Below, one piece after another: positions 49,818-61,496 of a stretch of 64,000 nucleotides of DNA. The notes below the pieces were generated by a model. That model searched no databases and was not told the DNA's origin. It saw only the letters and a list, made by a program, of their open reading frames with translations. The first letter of the stretch is position 1; every line of letters starts with the position of its first letter. A program made the translations under genes and the position numbers. The stretch is from positions 20,714,269 to 20,778,268 of the forward strand of contig NC_068994.1 in the NCBI RefSeq assembly GCF_001194135.2, in the 5' to 3' direction. Origin of the DNA: Octopus bimaculoides (taxonomy: Eukaryota).

Positions 49818-50580
49818 CACATCCTCAACTTAGTCAAAGCTACCTCACAATGATTAGCCTTCATCTTTAGAGCTAGAATAGAATTCAACTCCCAACAACT
49901 ATTAACTCTATGAAGCTCAAGTGAGACACACAATGGTGTACTGTTCCCATATCTTGGGTGGAGGTACTACTGCTACACATTTGCACAGACTTCTTAAACC
50001 ACATCCTAAAAACCTCACTTAAATGATTAGCATAAAGTCATTCACCAATATCGCTCAACTCTAATCCACCTTGCCTGTCCTACTGGTGGTTGGTATTATG
50101 CCACTCCAACTCAGACACTCCTGACTCTCTTGTTCTGCTTCCTTTCCACACTCATATTTCCCTTCTAGACTCTGTCCATTCCCCCTAGAACATCAATCTT
50201 CTCGCTCTGGAATTCCCTCTGTGTACAATTTTTTCTTGCAGTCATTGAGCTACAGATGTTCAAGAGGTATATCAATTGCATTAATCTCTCCAGTCTCAGA
50301 GGGCCTGCAAGAATCATAAGTACAGCCCCTTCAAGCCAAGCCAATAAAAAAGAAATTAAGGTTGACTTGGGACTAAACAAATATCATTGCATTTATAACT
50401 AAAGATTAAAATACACAAGTATATACTACGTTATGGTGTTACAACATTACACCATAACTTCATATAAACTTTGCTGTTTGTAATGTTCCCATGTCACAAT
50501 ATCATTCACCTTTTGATAGCTAATATGTCAGAATGTTGTCATGTCAATCAGCTGCTCTAATGAATGTTTATATATTCCAG

Positions 50581-51226
50581 ATGGCATTACTGACAGTTTC
50601 CCTGCTCCAAAGGAGCCAAACACACAGGTATTTTCTGAAATGTCTAGTGAGTTGGCTAAGTCTTCAGAGATATGTGGTAAGGACATTGCTGAGTCAGTTG
50701 AATGTTTGCCGAAATCAGAAGGCATGGTCAGTTCTGTCACTAAACAGAAGCAACAGTCAGAAGCTGAGAGAACTTTGCAGCAGCAGCAACAGCAGCAGTC
50801 AGAAAGTGAAAGACTTTTGCAACAACAACAACAGCCAAAGACTGAGAGACCTTTGCTGCAACAACAGCAACAGCCAGAAGCTGAGTGTCCATTGCAAGAA
50901 CAACAACAGCAGCAACAACCAGAAGCTGAGAGACCTTTGCAGCAGCAACAACAACAACAGCAGCCAGAAGCTGAGAGTCCAGTGCCAAAACAGCAGCAGC
51001 AGCAGCAAGAAGCTGAGAGACCTTTGCAAAATCAACAGCAGCAACCACCAGAAGCTGAAAAACCTTTGCAGCAGCAACAACAAAAGCCAGAAGGTGAACA
51101 ACTTCCAGAAAAACAACAGCAATTGCAAGAAGAGCAGCAACCACCACCATCACCATCATTAGTTCCGGAAATAGAACAATCTTCAGATCAACCATCCCAA
51201 TTGGCTGCACCAACAAAACCAGTCAA
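50581..51226 (+). CDS. TACC: Gln-rich exon (646 nt, phase 1 to 2) of the same probable TACC-family gene
   Basis: The acceptor TTTATATATTCCAG|AT gives phase 1, matching the giant-exon donor, and joins as ...VFLLPD-D-GITDSFPAPKEP.... The frame is open through nine Gln-rich units. The donor is AA|GTGAGT at 51227. Confidence 0.75.
50745..51150 (+). repeat. Nine EAERPL-(Q)n-P units (mixed CAG/CAA)
   Basis: SEAERTL-Q7, SESERLL-Q5P, KTERPLL-Q5P, EAECPLQE-Q6P, EAERPL-Q8P, EAESPVPK-Q6, EAERPLQN-Q4PP, EAEKPL-Q5KP, EGEQLPEK-Q3. Confidence 0.92.
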
Positions 51227-51507
51227 GTGAGTAAATGGTTATTTGATTTTATAAAGTAACTCATTGTTGGTTAAAAAATATTTTATTATTGCAGCTAATG
51301 ACTGCATTTAGACTATTGATTTACTTGTGCCTGTCTACTTTTTATAAATTGTTTGGTTTGCCTGTCTATTTTGTGTTGAAACTATTTTTTCCTTTACCAT
51401 TAACACATATTGTCTCTGGATAAAAATGGATACAGAAATGGTGAGTTTACATGCGCAAGGATGAATTATGATCTTGTCAGTGTTAGAGGCAGTAAGAGCT
51501 GGTAAAA

Positions 51508-51740
51508 GGCGGCGAGCTGGCAGAAACGTTAGCACACCAGGCGAAATGCTTAGTGGTAGTTCGTCTGTCTTTACGTTCTGAGTTCGAATTCCGTCGAGGT
51601 CAACTTTGCCTTTCATCCTTTCGGGCTCAATAAATTAAGTACCAGTTATACACTGGGGTCAATGTAATCGATTTAATCCCTTTGTCTGTCCTTGTTTGTC
51701 CCATCTATGTTTAGCTCCTTATGGGCAGTAAAGAGATAAG
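51508..51740 (+). mobile_element. Young full-length tRNA-derived SINE (family B)
   Basis: A-box-like GGCGAGCTGGCAGAAACG, B-box GAGTTCGAATTCC, central GCCTTTCATCCTTTCGGG...TAAGTACCAG. Many CpGs are retained. The central segment resembles, from memory only, the Deu/Nin-type SINE domain. Confidence 0.85.
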
Positions 51741-52811
51741 AGCTGGTAACGGCGATGTTGGTGGTGATGAATTTCATTGTCCTAATGGCCAAATGGTTAA
51801 ACTGATGAGGTCCTGGATTCAATTATAGTATGTTGAACTTTGGACAAGTGTCTTTTTCTGTAGCCTTGAGTCAATCCAAACTTAATGAATGAAATGTGGT
51901 AGAAAGAAACTATTTGAAAGCTCATCAAATGGTTTGTATGTATATTCCAAAGAGCCAGCCTTATCATGCTTATTCTACCTCAATAATTACACATGTCTGT
52001 GGAATACTCTCTCACTTCACTGTAATTCAGCAACAGGGTATTTCAGTTGATGAAACCTGTAAAATCCACACTGAAAGTGATACAATATCTTATAACCAAG
52101 GCAAGCTCAGTGCAGACAGAAACCATACATTGAGCCAAAGGGCAAAAGCTTCCTTGATCTCAACTTTCAGTACCAGTAGAATACATACAGAAAATAATAC
52201 AAGATCTATTACCCCATCCCATCTCACGTATACATAGAAATTAAAATATATTCAGATATGATTAGTTGAATTTATTTACATTTTAATTCACTATCTTCAG
52301 ATGTAAACCATACACATTTTTGGCTATTCACATAATGAATTTGGGAACTGGGGTATCACTGCTAACTTAACCATTGTATGTTATATCTAACATAAGTCAG
52401 CTAAGTATACACGATCCTTCTCCAAGATATATCCACATGGAGAGTGAAACTGAACACAGCAAGCAATGATGACACTTGTTTGTTTTACTGAACTCTGGGC
52501 AATCCATAACACTCAACTCATTACAGTGAACAGGTAATACCCAATGGCATTTTTGTCAAAAGCTTTATGGACTTAGCTGAAAGTTTAATGTTCTAGCCTT
52601 GAGAGAGGAACACTTCATCATCTATACCACTTCAATGTCCTTTTTTTCCTTCTATTTTGAAAAGTCTGATATATATCATATTGCCATTCTTTTCCAAACC
52701 TTGTGTTTCTTCACCACTTCTTTCTATATTTCTTGTAGTCTTCCTATGGGTCTCTTCTACTTCAGTGTATAATGCTTTTCTCCTATCCATAAAAATGATA
52801 TAAATTAACAA

Positions 52812-52848
<37 letters not shown>

Positions 52849-52950
52849 TATATATACATATATATAGTTGGAATTTACAGAAAACAAGATGAAGACAAGT
52901 GAAGGAATAGGCAGGTGTATTAGTTTGACTCTTGGGAAGAAGGACAAAAT

Positions 52951-52986
52951 CTTTGACATTTTGAGCTTACGCTCTTTGACAGAAAG
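52951..52986 (-). ncRNA. CpG-decayed hammerhead relic
   Basis: Minus strand CTTT-CTGTCAA-A-GAGC-GTAA-GCTC-AAAA-TGT-C-AAAG. Stems I and II are intact, but the core, GAAA and stem III are mutated, mostly at CpG positions. Confidence 0.4.
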
Positions 52987-53032
52987 GATTGAGTGAAAAA
53001 AAAAGAGAGAGAAAAAATGTGTAGGGATTAAT

Positions 53033-53192
53033 GGATGGGCTTCTTTCAGTTTCCGTCTACCAAATCCACTCTCAAGGCTTTGGTCAGCCAGAGGCTATGG
53101 TGGAAGATACTTGCCCAAGGTGTCATAGAGGGGGACTCAACCTGAAAGCATGTGGCTGGGAAGCAAGCTCCTTACCACACAGCCACGCCTAC
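53033..53192 (-). mobile_element. tRNA-derived SINE (family A), 5' part
   Basis: GGGCTTCTTTCAGTTTCCGTCTACCAAATCCACTC...CTTGCCCAAGGTG...CCTTACCACACAGCCACGCC. Confidence 0.8.
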
Positions 53193-53413
53193 CTTTTATC
53201 ATTTACATGTTTCAGTCATTGGAGACGGCAGCCATAATGGGGCACTGCCTTGAAAAGTTTAGTTGAACAAATCGACTCCAGTACTTATTTTTTCTGTTTT
53301 CTAAGCCTGGTACATCTTTTATTGACTGCTTTTGCTGAACTGCTAAGTTATGGGGACATAAATAAACCAACACTAGTTGTCAAGTAGTGGTGGGGAACAA
53401 ACACATGTGCAGA

Positions 53414-53467
<54 letters not shown>

Positions 53468-53687
53468 CAATGGATTTCTTTCAGTTTCCATCTACCAAAT
53501 CCATTTACAAGATTTTGGTCTGCCCAAGTTGCCAAGCAGTGGGATTGAACCTAGAATTATGTGGTTAGGAGGCTAGCTTATTATCACACAGTCAGTGTAA
53601 TGGGCAAAAAGAGAAAAGTCAACACAGGAGTGACAGTTCTTAACAATTCTTGTATTATTTTAATGCTTAGAAGAAAGAAGAGAAAGA

Positions 53688-53726
53688 GTCTTAATGTTTC
53701 AGACATTAGACCTTCATCAGAAAAAG
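53688..53726 (-). ncRNA. Decayed minimal hammerhead relic
   Basis: Minus strand TTTT-CTGATGA-A-GGTC-TAAT-GTCT-GAAA-CAT-T-AAGA. The core is canonical, but stems II and III are broken by changes consistent with CpG decay. Confidence 0.45.
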
Positions 53727-54466
53727 CACAGGAGGCGTAAGAAAGAGAAAATGTGGTTGAGAAGAATGGAGGGGAAAAACTAGGTAAGGAATTAGGGTCA
53801 GGTGGGAATATGGTTCTATGGGAGGGGAGTATGAAGGGAGTAGTGGGTGTGTAAGTAAATATAGGAGTGTAACTGCATTTTGAGGTGGGTATGAGGTGGT
53901 GGAGTGATCTGTGTAGCTTTTTGGGATTGTGTGTGTGTGTGTGTGTGTGTGCGTGTGTAGAAAGAGAGGTGGGGTGCAAGTGCAGAAGTATAGTGACTTG
54001 GGTTAGTGGGAGCATGAGATGTTGATGTGTGTGTAATTATGTTCTGTGTGTGAGGTGGTGGGAGTGGGTGCAAGTGTGAGGTAAAAGGAATGGCAAGAGG
54101 AATACGAAAAGTGTGATGGTAGTGTGTGCAAACGTATGGGTATGAGAGATGTTGTTGCATGGAAAGAAGGAAGGAACGAGGGAAGCAAAAGAAGAAGAAA
54201 AGGTTAGAGTTGAGGGAGAGAAAAGAAGTGAGAGAAGAATAAGAGAAATATTGGTGAAAGAATAATTACAACACTAGGATAAAAAATGTTTTTTCTTTCT
54301 TTTTTTTTGTTCTGTGAGAGAAGAAAACTAGTAAGGCGCATGGAGGAATAAGAGGAACGTGATAGAAGTGGCTGCATGTGTTGGAGTGTGTGTGTGTGTG
54401 TCACACAGACGTATATACTCAACCAGTTCATAGGAAAGCAATCAATCAGACCTTGTGAATATCATA

Positions 54467-54600
54467 ATTATTTATACTTGGGATTATAATTGATTATTTA
54501 TACTCAGGATTATAATTGATTATTTATACTCAGGATTATAATTGATTGTTTATACTCAGGATTATAATTGATTATTTATACTCGGGATTATAATTGATTG
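54467..54600. repeat. 26-bp minisatellite, 5 copies
   Basis: Unit ATTATTTATACTCAGGATTATAATTG starting at 54467, 54493, 54519, 54545 and 54571, with no spacers. Confidence 0.95.
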
Positions 54601-55697
54601 TAGAGTGTATGTGATTATGGAGTAGTTGTTTTTTTAGTATAGGACTTCCTTCTTTGCATCCATGAATGAAAATGTAAATAAAGAAAACAAAATCACAAAA
54701 GTATGGTGGTGATGGTGGTTGGGTGGGGGTAGGTTCCAGAAAAATTGAGAATAATATTTTTTTTAAAGGGCTTGTATTGAATAAATATAGTGAAATGATT
54801 TGTGTAGGGCAGTTAAAATGGAGAAATGAGGTGATACTGACTGAATCTATTGATTTCTCTTTCCTATGTTAGCTTGTTGGGTTGGAAGTTGTTAAAAATA
54901 TGTATTAAAATATAAGAAAAGAGAACATCTATAACACATTCTTTCACTTTAGTTTCTGATAAAGATTGTTATTTAAGATGTGAAAACCAAAGTAAATAAC
55001 AAGCACTTATTTTATTGTACAGTTTATTTAGCTATTTCTTCTGTAAAGACAGAGTTTATTGAATGATCAATACTGATTTGAATGAATGAGTAGCACAGAT
55101 TCATTTGCTATTTCTATAGAGTTGAATGAAATGATTAAATGGTTGAGGATTCCACTGAAAGATTTGGTAAGTAGAATGACTTGCTTCTGTAAAGAAACAA
55201 GAGAAAGAGAGAAGCAAGAGAGAGAGAGGATGGTGGTAGATATGAAGTGAGTAGTAAAAGTAACAATTAAAGACTAGTGAAGGAATTCTAGAAAATAACA
55301 CTTGTATAAGACTAAAGACGTTATTAGAAGGCTGAGTTTTTTTGAAAAAGGTAGAAAATGTAAAAGAATTCAAAGAAAGCAAATCCGCTTGGAAAAAAAA
55401 TACAGACAAAAATTGCTATCTAGATTCTTAGATTGCTGTTAATATACAATTTTATGGATGAAGGGAGTTGTGAGTGCATCAATAGGATTTCATTGGGATT
55501 TCAAGATTGCACAGGGAACAATGGGTACAGAAAATGTAGTGTAGTAGCTAATGAGGAAATATGTGTTGAGAGTGTTGTGTATTTATTTCATAGCACTAAT
55601 GCACAACTCTGTTGTGTAGATTTGGAGTGACATGTATAATTATAGTATAGTGCACAAGTGACTTGTGTTGCATAAGAGTATAATGTAATGAACTAGT

Positions 55698-55900
55698 GAC
55701 ATCATCATCATCAACATTTAATGTCTATTTTCCATGCTGGCATTTGTTGGCCAGCTTGACAGGAACTGTTCACACCAGGTTTCATAGTCTGTTTTGGCTT
55801 GGTTTCTACAGCTGGATGCCTTTCCTAATGTTAACCTCATTACAGAGTGTACTGGGTGTTTTTTTACATGGAACCAACAACAATGCTTTTTACTTGGCAC
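55698..55900 (-). mobile_element. RTE-type 3'-tail fragment
   Basis: (CAT)n...TTTCCATGCTGGCAT...GGTTTCTACAGCTGGATGCCTTTCCTAATG. Confidence 0.7.
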
Positions 55901-56991
55901 CTTGGTTTTAGGATCTCAATTCTGTTGTGGTGGGTGAATGACATGGTATAATATTATGTAGAAGTTTAGTACAGTGTATTAGGGATTTAGTGTATTATGA
56001 AGTGGTGCAGTGCTTCAAAAGTTCCAGTATTTTTATTCTTCAGATGGATCCTAAGTTTTGCCTTAATGCTACAACTGTGTTTGATATATTGTTTAGTCAG
56101 GAGAAAGGGTCTTCACCCATTACATCCAGCCTGGCAAGATTGAGGTTGGTGATGTTCATCTTGGACAATTGTAAATAAACAACTGCTAAAAGTATGACCA
56201 GAAGGAAATTTCAGAAAGTTACTGTTTCACAGAAAAAGATGTTGGTCATAGTTGTTAGTGTGGACCTTGATTGGGAACAGGTGGAGTGTATAGGAGACAA
56301 GTGTATTGGATGTATTTAAGTGGAAACAGTATGCAAGTAGCTATCTTTGAGAAACAGAAGCCATTCTAATAGATCTTCATCTGTTTTGATGATAACCATT
56401 TAGTAATTTGATCAACCAAATCAATTGCTTTAGTTGTAAGTTGTGGTGTTGGTGGGTTCCTTTATGAGAGGCTAGTCCAAGTATTACTGTCTTCTGTGTT
56501 TTACTAAACAAAAGTATATCAAATGTGTAGCGGATGATGCAATGCTTATTCATACAGATGTTTAAGATTTAAGGTCCTGAGAGAAGATTATTCATCATGT
56601 CCTATATTATCAACTCACTTATCAAGAGTTTTCATTTGTACCAATGCCAAGTTTAAAATACTATGTTTAGCTTGCTTGTGAGAAAGGTCATGAATATTGC
56701 CAGAAAGACATCATCTACACAAAGATACTTTGGCATTTGAATTAAAGAATCCAAACAAAAACAAAGATATTGGTGTATTACAATAAAAAGAATAAAAAGC
56801 CTACACAAATTCTTGAAACATGTTCTTAACAGACTAAGGATAATCATATATTATGAATTAATTAAAATTTCAAATATAAAATGACGTTAGACATTATAAG
56901 AATTGATGTGAGACAGAAAAGGAATAATGGGTCCACTGACAGAAAACTAAAAAGTGGGACTCATTTTTGTCTTCATTAAAAAAAAAAATCT

Positions 56992-57145
56992 AGTGGCTGT
57001 GTGGTAAGTAGCTTGCTTACCAACCACATGGTTCCGGGTTCAGTCCAACTGCGTGGCACCTTGGGCAAGTGTCTTCCACTATAGCTTTGGGCCGACCAAA
57101 GCCTTGTGAGTGGATTTGGTATACGGAAACTGAAAGAAGCATGTC

Positions 57146-57197
<52 letters not shown>

Positions 57198-57430
57198 GTG
57201 TGTGTGTGTGTATATGTTTGCGTGTCTGTGTTTGTCCCCCCAACATCACTTGACAACTGATGCTGGTGCATTTACGTCCCCGTAACTTCGCGGTTCGGCA
57301 AAAAGGGTACGATAGAATAAGTACTAGGCTTACAAAGAATAAGTCCTGGGGTCGATTTGCTCAACTAAAAAGGCGGTGCTCCAGCATGGCCACAGTCAAA
57401 TGACTGAAACAAGTGAAAGAGTAAAAGAGA
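56992..57430 (+). mobile_element. Young full-length tRNA-derived SINE (family A) with an internal (TA)/(TG) tract
   Basis: AGTGGCTGTGTGGTAAGTAGC (A-box-like), GGTTCCGGGTTCAGTCC (B-box-like), conserved body, and tail GACTGAAACAAGTGAAAGAGTAAAAGAG. Confidence 0.88.
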
Positions 57431-58107
57431 GAGAAAGCACAGCATATGGAATAAAATATTACATTTGTTTTGTTTTTTTTTGTTTCCTATTTTGTAAGGT
57501 ACAGAAATAGCAGTAAATATGGTTCTATGCATTTTTAATTTGATTCTTTGAGTCATATATCATAATTTTCTCTGTATGTGTATGCAGCAGAGTTGAGAGG
57601 GAGTTAAAATTGGAATAAATTAAATAATTTTTTTCTTTCTTCCTTATTTTACAGCAACAGGAAGCTTATATTTCTCTAAATTTCTATAGTTTAGGGGTTA
57701 GGTTTATAGAAACATGTACATTGGTTTTCTTTCCTCTTATTTCTTTACTGTCATTGAGCAATTTTTTCAAGTTACATATTTATTTTAGTTTTGTTGTTTA
57801 ATTTTGTGGACATTTCAATGATTTTTGGGTTTTTGTTATTTTGACCTATTTCATCACTTTTCTTTTTATCACATTATCACATGACATTTAATTAAAATTT
57901 GTGACTTTTTTCTTGAAGGTAGATCTTTTGGCTTGTTAACCCATAATATTTCTAAATAATTGTATCAAATATCTCATCAAAAGTTAATAAACAATGAACA
58001 GTGATCAATTTAATTAAATTGGAAAGACCTTTTATTATGCATAAATAGAAGAAAGAAAAAGAAAACCGTGTGTGTGTGTGTGTGTGTGCAAAGGTTTTCA
58101 TATAGAG

Positions 58108-58444
58108 CAGTAGTTTTCAACCAGAGTCCTTATGGCCCCTGGGGATCTATGCAAGCAAAATAGTAATTTGAAAATCCATAGTATTATCTTAAGAGTCTAT
58201 AAAAATTTTGCTTTAGGTATATTTATTACAAGAAACAGCAAGGTTTCTTTCTCTAACACTTAATGTAGTTCAACATGTTTCTTGCTAATGTATGTTTCTT
58301 GCTAATTTATGAAAAACAAAGTATGAATTTTGAAAGAAGTGTCTATAAAACTAATTTTTAAAACATTGAATGGCTATGAAGGTTCACCAGCATAAAATAG
58401 TAATTAAAGCAGGGGCATAGGTAAGAAATGGTTGAGAACCACTG
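58108..58444. mobile_element. hAT (Charlie-like) MITE
   Basis: TIRs CAGTAGTTTTCAACC / GGTTGAGAACCACTG. Flanks ATATAGAG and TTTTAGAG match at 6 of 8 positions. Confidence 0.7.
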
Positions 58445-59259
58445 TTTTAGAGACTAAAAGACTCAAAGACAAAATATGTTTTAAGTACATTATTTAATCT
58501 GTTTCATGAGGAATTATTTTGTTGATTCCATCTAACCATTAGCTGATTCATTATGAACAGCGGGATGTGGTGGGTGATAGTTACATTCATTCATTTACAC
58601 ATATATGTTCTTCGTACTGTGATTATAACAAAAAGGGTCACATTACTGTAAAAAATTGTATTACAAAACTACTTGAAGACAAACCATGGTCAAACAGGTT
58701 CTTTTCTACTTCACAACAACATGGTTTTTACTTAATGTTGCATGCATTTAATTTTATCAAAAGAAATCAGACTAAATATGACCATATGCAACATAGACAG
58801 ACACAACAATTAAATTTTACATATCTAGAAAATACCTTTCTGAAGATAAATATTATATATATATTTTCATGGTTGGGTGATTAAAATTGATAAGGCCATT
58901 CCATTTCCAAAAACAAATCAGTAAAATAAATAAGTAAATTTTTTAAATATTAAAAGAAGAGTAAAATCTGTTCAGGCAGTTCCTTCAAAATGATCTGAAA
59001 TAATGGCAACTCATAACAAGGATATGACTTTTAAAAAAACTTCTCTTCTGCTTCTTTTCTTCTTCCTTGTTATCATCGTGTTGAGACATTACATCCTTCA
59101 AAACTTCCATGCTTACCGAACTTTACTAACAGTACACCTGATGCCTCTCCACTTCTTTTTGCCTTAACTCATTTCCTGTATATTATTCTATGTACTCTTC
59201 ATGCACTTTTGGTTGCTTTTTCTGATGAGTTGTGCACCTGAGCACTGTATGCAATTAAC

Positions 59260-59400
59260 CACAGGTGTGGCTGTGTGATACGAAGCTTGCTTCCCAACCA
59301 CATGCCACCTTCGGCACATGTCTTCTACTATAGCCTTGAGCCAACCAAAGTCCTGTGAGTGGATTTGGTTGATGGAAACTGAAAGAAGCTCATCGTATAT
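59260..59400 (+). mobile_element. tRNA-derived SINE (family A), 5' part with internal deletion
   Basis: CACAGGTGTGGCTGTGTGATACGAAGCTTGCTTCCCAACCACATG...GTCTTCTACTATAGCC...GGAAACTGAAAGAAGC. Confidence 0.75.
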
Positions 59401-60419
59401 ACATATAAAACAAAAAAGACAGAAGATGGAATATATGAGAATTTATTATTAATCATGACAATTGTTTTGACACATCTAGCATCAATTCCTCTTGGGTGGA
59501 CACTCAACAACTGGTTCAGGAGCAGATGCATCTCATTGGGTGATAAATAAATAAATACGACTCGTTCAAATGACTGCTCTGCAATGTAACTTTCCATTTT
59601 GTAGAGAGAAAAACAGCCAGATGGAGGAAATATCTTCATTTATATTAAAGATCAAAAATAAAATTTTGGACATGTCTACTCCCAGTAATCACTGCCTCAT
59701 GCATCCCATCCTCCACAGCAGAAGTGTTAAGGCCACATCCCCTGGTGAAGAGGATTGGCTTGCAAGAGTCCTGTGTCAGTGTCATGTAAAAAGCATTCGT
59801 TCCACACATGTACTTTCACCAATACATGTGTACACATTTGTAGCCAAGCTTATGTGCTTATGCATGCACACAGTAACTGACACATATACATGTTCACTGA
59901 TGCATTTAAGCCTGTATACACACACACATACATTCACACACACAATGAGTGTAGGCGAGAAGGAACAATAGAGGGATGTTGGAATAAAAGAAAAAGTAGG
60001 AGAGAAATGCTTGGGAAAAGCAGGGAAAAGAAAAGAACACACGTGCGTGTGCACACACACACACACATACACACACACACACCACAGGGATCTGATGGTG
60101 TAATAAAAATATTACAGAATCATGAAGTAACACAAAATTCAATAAATGCAGGTGATACGTTTGCTCAGCTATTACTAATGTGATGTAAAATATTTCTACA
60201 CCAATGTAGAGATCCTGGTGGTAGTATTTTCATTGATATGTGTAATAGAAAACTCAAATGTTACACACACACACACATGCACTATTACAGAACTGTGCTT
60301 AACCACTTATAGAATTATATTTTCTGTAATTTGGTATTTTGTTTTTCCTAGTGACTGAAGATCCTGTCTGACATTGTCTCTAAATCATTACTAAACACAT
60401 CTACTTTTTCTCTAAACTC

Positions 60420-60649
60420 TTCCCTTTTGTTACCATATTTTGGTTGAATTAAACTGCCTTTGTTTCAATTAATTTTGAAAATAATGAAGAATTTAATACA
60501 ATAATTTTGTTATTATTTAGTTAGTGATTGGAACATAATTAATTAACATGGAATTTTGATGGCAAGTTTTACATTAGATCACTTTAAGACATGAAGTTTA
60601 TATCACAGGACCATGAGCAATTTCAAGCAGATTTGTATCAGAGGGGTTA
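60420..60649. mobile_element. TTAA-MITE family copy
   Basis: CCCTTTTGTTACCATATTT ... GTATCAGAGGGG-TTAA. Same family as 23444, 29004 and 32568. Confidence 0.65.
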
Positions 60650-61381
60650 ATATCTATACAATTTTTCTTACAAACTCTCCTCACTCTTTTTCTCCTGCTT
60701 TCTTTATCCCTCTTCTCTTTCATGCATTTCTCTCCTACTTTCTCCTATTCTAGTGTCACTCTATCATTCCTCTTTATCCAAACTCATTCTCTCTCTCTTT
60801 TCATATAATCTCCTTACTCTTTCACTCTGCTATTCTCTCTTCTTTTCTAAGGTTCACTCTCACATTATCATTATCCCTCTCTGTTTCGCATTTTTTCTCA
60901 TTCCCCCATCTCCCTTTCATAATAATTTTCTTCATGAATTCTGTTACTCCTGCCTTTCATTTCTTTTCTTCCTTCTCTGTGAAATGAACTTACTTTAGAA
61001 TCTTATCAGTAGTTTTAAGAAGCTGTACAGTAAACTTTCTATTGTATCAGTAGCTAAATAGACTTCTCTATCACTTTTTTGTGCAATCACTAGACATTTC
61101 TGCAGAGCCTACTCGTCTTTACTATACACCTCATACACACATTAATGTATACACAGACACATGTCAACACTTTATGTATGTATTTTCAGCTGACATGGGT
61201 GACATAGATCTTCCTCATAACAATGTTACATTCCTTCATCATTTTCTTCATGAATTCAGCATCTTGCAGAGAAGAAAATCCTCAATAGGCAATATATAAA
61301 GTAGTGTGTATATATTTTAATAGAAGTTGTAGCTTCTTGAATTGAAACCCTATGTTTCAGATTTCTTATTTTTCAACTTAC

Positions 61382-61399
61382 GTGTGTGTGTGTGTGTGT

Positions 61400-61493
<94 letters not shown>
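61382..61493. repeat. Compound (GT)n(CT)n microsatellite
   Basis: About 11 GT units directly followed by about 45 CT units. Confidence 0.95.

Positions 61494-61496
<3 letters not shown>

Noticed and set aside
50541-50580. ATG-started 5' extension of the Gln-rich ORF and acceptors at 50519 and 50531
   Set aside because: Those acceptors are phase 0 and do not match the phase 1 upstream donor. The acceptor at 50580 does.
50533-51216. Overlapping poly-N/S, poly-L and poly-V/A ORFs on other frames and strands
   Set aside because: These are shadows of the CAG/CAA repeats.
54467-54600. CRISPR-like array
   Set aside because: The units are contiguous with no unique spacers, there are no cas genes, and the context is eukaryotic.
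56992-57060. tRNA genes at SINE heads (also 51508, 39162, 16024, 6930)
   Set aside because: A- and B-box-like motifs run into SINE bodies, and no cloverleaf with a credible anticodon arm was evident.
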